Shown here piece after piece: positions 16,685-20,000 of a DNA stretch of 20,000 nucleotides. The notes below the pieces were generated by a model, which was not told the DNA's origin, made no database searches, and saw only the letters and a list, made by a program, of their open reading frames with translations. Position 1 is the stretch's first letter; every line of letters starts with the position of its first letter. Position numbers and translations under genes: made by a program. The stretch lies in the sequence record SRR2962707_5488; one strand, written 5' to 3'.

Positions 16685-17842
16685 TTGGACTTTGCATTCA
16701 CGTCCGACCAGGAAGCCATTCGCGACACCGCGGCACGATTTGCGCGTGAGCGGCTTGCGCCCGGCTACAGGGCGCGCGAGATCGTCGGAAAGATCGACCG
16801 TGCGCTCATCCGGGAGATGGGCGAACTGGGTCTGATCGGCGCCGACCTGCCCGAAGAGCTTGGTGCGCCCGGTCTCGATAGTGTCACGACCGGCATTATT
16901 ATCGAGGAAATATCGCGCGGCGACATTAGCGTCGGTTATGTCCAGCTCCTTGGCTCGCTTATGGGATCGATCGTCGCCGCGCATGCAAGACCTGAAGTCG
17001 CCGATGAAATCGTTCCGCGGATTTGCTCGGGCGAGGCGATCGTCGCGCTCGGCCTGACGGAGCCGCGAGGCGGCTCCGACGCGGCGCATCTGCAGACGAA
17101 GGCGCGCTCCGCCGGTGACGGCTACGTCCTGTCGGGGGAAAAAACCTCGATCTCGATGGCCGAACAGGCCGATCACATTCTTGTGCTCGCGCGCACGGAT
17201 GAAAACAATCCCGGTGCCGGCGGCGTCTCGGCCTTTCTCGCGCCGCTCGACGCGCCCGGCATCACGTGTTCGAGTTTCGACGATGTGGGTTCGAAGGCCG
17301 TTGGCCGCGGCTCGGTATTCTTCGACAATGTGAAGGTACCGGCGCGGCTTATGGTCGGCACGAAGGGAGAGGGCTTCAGGCAGGTGATGCAGGGCTTCGA
17401 CTATTCCCGTGCGCTGATCGGCCTGCAATGTCTGGCTCCCGCCTTCGCATCGCTGGAAGAAACCTGGAAATATGTGACCGAGCGCGTAGCCTTCGGAAAT
17501 CCGCTGGCTAAATATCAGGGCGTCACGGAACCGCTGGCCGAAGCTCAGACGTTGCTCGAGGCGGCGCGTCTGCTTTGCTACAAGACGCTTTGGCTTCGCG
17601 ACAATGATTTGCCGCACACCGCCGAAGCCGCGATGTGCAAATGGTGGGCGCCCAAGACGGCTTTCCAGGTCATCCACCGTTGCCTGCTCACGCACGGACA
17701 TGGCGGTTACAGCACTGATCTGCCCCATCAGCAGAGATTACGCGATGTGATGGGGCTGCAGATCGGCGACGGTACAGAACAAATTCAGAAGATGATCATT
17801 TCGCGCGAAAAAGTCGGTCGGATTGCCGTGCCTTATGCGTGA
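16685..17842 (+). CDS. aliB: Cyclohexanecarboxyl-CoA dehydrogenase
   Basis: TTG start at 16685 after AGGTGG. LTEPRGGSDAA, GEKTSIS, VMQGFDYSRALIGLQC, AAMCKWWAPK, CLLTHGHGGYS and RDVMGLQIGDGT match AliB/BadJ. Confidence 0.9.
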   Translation: MDFAFTSDQEAIRDTAARFARERLAPGYRAREIVGKIDRALIREMGELGLIGADLPEELGAPGLDSVTTGIIIEEISRGDISVGYVQLLGSLMGSIVAAHARPEVADEIVPRICSGEAIVALGLTEPRGGSDAAHLQTKARSAGDGYVLSGEKTSISMAEQADHILVLARTDENNPGAGGVSAFLAPLDAPGITCSSFDDVGSKAVGRGSVFFDNVKVPARLMVGTKGEGFRQVMQGFDYSRALIGLQCLAPAFASLEETWKYVTERVAFGNPLAKYQGVTEPLAEAQTLLEAARLLCYKTLWLRDNDLPHTAEAAMCKWWAPKTAFQVIHRCLLTHGHGGYSTDLPHQQRLRDVMGLQIGDGTEQIQKMIISREKVGRIAVPYA

Positions 17843-17851
17843 GGGAGTCAC

Positions 17852-18640
17852 ATGACAAGCGCCACAGAAGCTCCGGTTCAGATCGAAATACGAGACGGGA
17901 TCGGAATCGTGGCGCTCAACAGGCCTGACAAGTTCAATTGCCTCTCATCGGCCGTCATGACCGGCCTCCACGAGGCTCTTGCAAGGTTCGAGGACGACAG
18001 GAAGGTTCGTGCCGTTCTGTTGCTCGGGCGTGGAGAGCATTTCTGCACCGGCGCCGATCTCGACGAGGTACTCGACGCCCGCACGGAGCGGGGCCAGCTG
18101 GGCGCGTTTATCACGGGCGGTCATCTCGTTCTGCGCCGTCTTGAAGTCTCGCCTCTGCCGATTGTTGCCGCGGTGAACGGTCTGTGTCTTGCGGGCGGGC
18201 TTGAATTGATGATGGCGTGTGACGTGGTTTTTGCCGGTCAGTCAGCGCAGGTGGGATGCCAGCATGCTCGTTACGGTCTCGTGCCGGGTTGGGGAGGCAC
18301 GCAGCGCCTCGCGCGCATCGTCGGTTCGCGGCGTGCCCTTGATCTGATGTTCAGCGGCCGATGGCTCAAGGCGGATGAGGCGCTGGCTTGGGGGCTTGTG
18401 AACAATGTCGTTGACGACGGCGCGCTGGTCGGAGAGGCGGAAGCCTATTGCGCCGATCTCTCCAAAAAGAATCCGGAAGGCCTTGCCGCGATGAAGCAGC
18501 TTTGCAGGAACGGGCTCGATGGATCGCTCCAGGAAGGTCTGGATATGGAACAGAGCGTCGTCGTAGACGCGCTGATGAGCGAAAATGTTTCGGAAGGTCT
18601 GGCGGCGTTCCGGGAGCGCCGGGAACCATTATTCCGCTAG
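17852..18640 (+). CDS. Enoyl-CoA hydratase/isomerase (crotonase) in the BadK position
   Basis: LNRPDKFN, FCTGADL, AAVNGLCLAGGLEL and GLVPGWGGTQRL. GAGGGAG RBS. Confidence 0.88.
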   Translation: MTSATEAPVQIEIRDGIGIVALNRPDKFNCLSSAVMTGLHEALARFEDDRKVRAVLLLGRGEHFCTGADLDEVLDARTERGQLGAFITGGHLVLRRLEVSPLPIVAAVNGLCLAGGLELMMACDVVFAGQSAQVGCQHARYGLVPGWGGTQRLARIVGSRRALDLMFSGRWLKADEALAWGLVNNVVDDGALVGEAEAYCADLSKKNPEGLAAMKQLCRNGLDGSLQEGLDMEQSVVVDALMSENVSEGLAAFRERREPLFR

Positions 18641-18678
18641 TGGATAATCAAGTAGACATCGTCGGGAGACGCGCGATC

Positions 18679-19830
18679 GTGAAACACGAAGCCCAGATCG
18701 AACAGCTGCGAAAGATTTTCGGCTATCTCGACGCGGGTGAGACCGCGATGGGCGATGCCGTGTATCATCATCATGTCAGCGACTACACCAGTGCGGACCA
18801 GGCCAGCCGAGAGCGGGAGGTGCTGTTCCGAGATGAGCCGCTTCTGATCGGGTTGAGCTGCGAATTGCCCAATCCCGGCGACTATGTAACCGACGATTTT
18901 TCAGGCGTGCCGGTCCTGGCGGTGCGGGATGAAGCGGGGCAGCTCAATGCTTTCATTAATGTCTGCCGCCACCGCGGCGCGCGCGTCGCGTCGGGCTGCG
19001 GCAGCGGCAAGACCGTGTTCAGTTGTCCCTACCACGCATGGACCTACGACCGGAGCGGCAGGCTGAGGTCGATACCGTTCGAGCGGGGCTTCGAGAGCGT
19101 CGACAAAACGAGTAACGGCTTGCGGTCTCTGCCGGTGGTGGAGAAATACGGCATGATCTGGGTCATGCCGACGCCCGGCGGGTCAATCGACATCGACAGC
19201 CACCTTGCTGGAATGGCGGACGATCTCGCCGCGTTTGGTCTTGCGTGCTACAGCCACCACGAGACGCGCGTACTCCGGGCCCGCCTCAATTGGAAGCTCG
19301 TGATCGACACGTTTCTCGAAACCTACCATCTGAGCACACTGCACAAGAACACGATCGCGCCGATCCTGCACTCGAACCTCGGCACGTTCGACGGCATGGC
19401 ACGAAATCTGCGCATGATTGGCGCCCGCAAGACGATCGATGCGTTGCGCCAGAGACCCGAAAGCGAGTGGGATCTGATTCGCCACTCCGCCCTCGTATAC
19501 GTGCTCTTTCCGAATACGGTCTTCATCATGCAGGGCGATCATCTGGAGACGTGGCGGGTTTATCCGGGCGACAGCGTGGATGAATCGAAAATGCACGTCT
19601 CTCTCTATACGCCCGAACCCGCCGTCACAGACAAGGCCAGAAAGTACTGGACCAAAAACATGGACTTGCTGATGGCGACGGTGCAGCAGGAGGATTTTCC
19701 GCTGGCGGAAAATATCCAGCGCGATTTTCACTCGGGCGCACAAGATTTTGTGACTTTCGGTGCCAACGAGCCGGCTCTCGCGCATTTCCACAAATCGGTC
19801 ATGAAAACGCTTGGTATTGACGCCGTGTGA
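18679..19830 (+). CDS. Rieske non-heme iron oxygenase alpha subunit
   Basis: GTG at 18679 after GGGAGA. Rieske ligands CRHRG...CPYHAW, NWKLVIDTFLETYHLSTLH (Fe-binding His pair) and QEDF. Confidence 0.92.
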   Translation: MKHEAQIEQLRKIFGYLDAGETAMGDAVYHHHVSDYTSADQASREREVLFRDEPLLIGLSCELPNPGDYVTDDFSGVPVLAVRDEAGQLNAFINVCRHRGARVASGCGSGKTVFSCPYHAWTYDRSGRLRSIPFERGFESVDKTSNGLRSLPVVEKYGMIWVMPTPGGSIDIDSHLAGMADDLAAFGLACYSHHETRVLRARLNWKLVIDTFLETYHLSTLHKNTIAPILHSNLGTFDGMARNLRMIGARKTIDALRQRPESEWDLIRHSALVYVLFPNTVFIMQGDHLETWRVYPGDSVDESKMHVSLYTPEPAVTDKARKYWTKNMDLLMATVQQEDFPLAENIQRDFHSGAQDFVTFGANEPALAHFHKSVMKTLGIDAV

Positions 19831-19834
19831 AGCC

Positions 19835-20000
19835 GGCAATCAGACAAGATGGGCGACAGGGTTGTCATGTGGTACGTCCCTGGCAATCGGGACGGGGAGG
19901 CGATCGACGAGCCGAACCGCTTCATCATCGATCGTCTAAGGCCGCGTCAACATCTCTCCTTCGGCTTCGGCATCGCTGCGTCGGCAACCGGCTGGCGGAA
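19835..20000 (+). pseudogene. cyp153: Degraded 3' fragment of a second CYP153 P450 (runs off the window)
   Basis: Reads [41 protein letters not shown], frameshift, CVGNRLAE. Collinear with 11923-11753 of the intact gene. A 4-nt deletion (ATC CAC CGC TGC to ATC GC TGC) hits the heme motif, and there is no 5' part. Confidence 0.88.

Noticed and set aside
16595-17728. 377-aa antisense ORF, and similar ones at 15870-16697, 11747-12625, 9487-10293 and 1924-2583
   Set aside because: Each lies opposite a well-supported gene and has no recognisable domain.
1-20000. CRISPR array, tRNA, rRNA or IS element
   Set aside because: No regularly spaced repeats, cloverleaf, rRNA-like sequence, transposase motif or terminal inverted repeats were found by eye.

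Overview
A GC-rich, probably alphaproteobacterial (inference; Parvibaculum-like CYP153) catabolic region devoted to acyl-CoA and alicyclic-ring metabolism. The left arm (+ strand) holds two thiolase-fold/DUF35 gene pairs, a heteromeric-type acyl-CoA dehydrogenase pair, two tandem 399-aa PimC-like dehydrogenases, an acyl-CoA ligase and a CpnA-like SDR. The middle (- strand) holds a TetR regulator, a broken SDR, an internally deleted aliA-like ligase, an intact CYP153 P450 and an atypical MaoC protein. The right arm (+ strand) is a badH-badI-aliB-crotonase cyclohexanecarboxyl-CoA ring-cleavage operon with a Rieske oxygenase alpha subunit appended. Four gene relics that the ORF track shows only partly or not at all are visible: a PimD-like 3' end, an aliA-like N+C fusion, a frameshift plus nonsense SDR, and a second, inverted CYP153 fragment. 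Working hypothesis (inference): a mosaic pathway for alkyl-cycloalkanes or naphthenic-type acids that combines terminal oxidation, beta-oxidation, retro-aldol side-chain removal and ring cleavage. No rRNA, tRNA, CRISPR array or transposase was seen. Family assignments come from motif recognition and recalled sequences, not from database searches.
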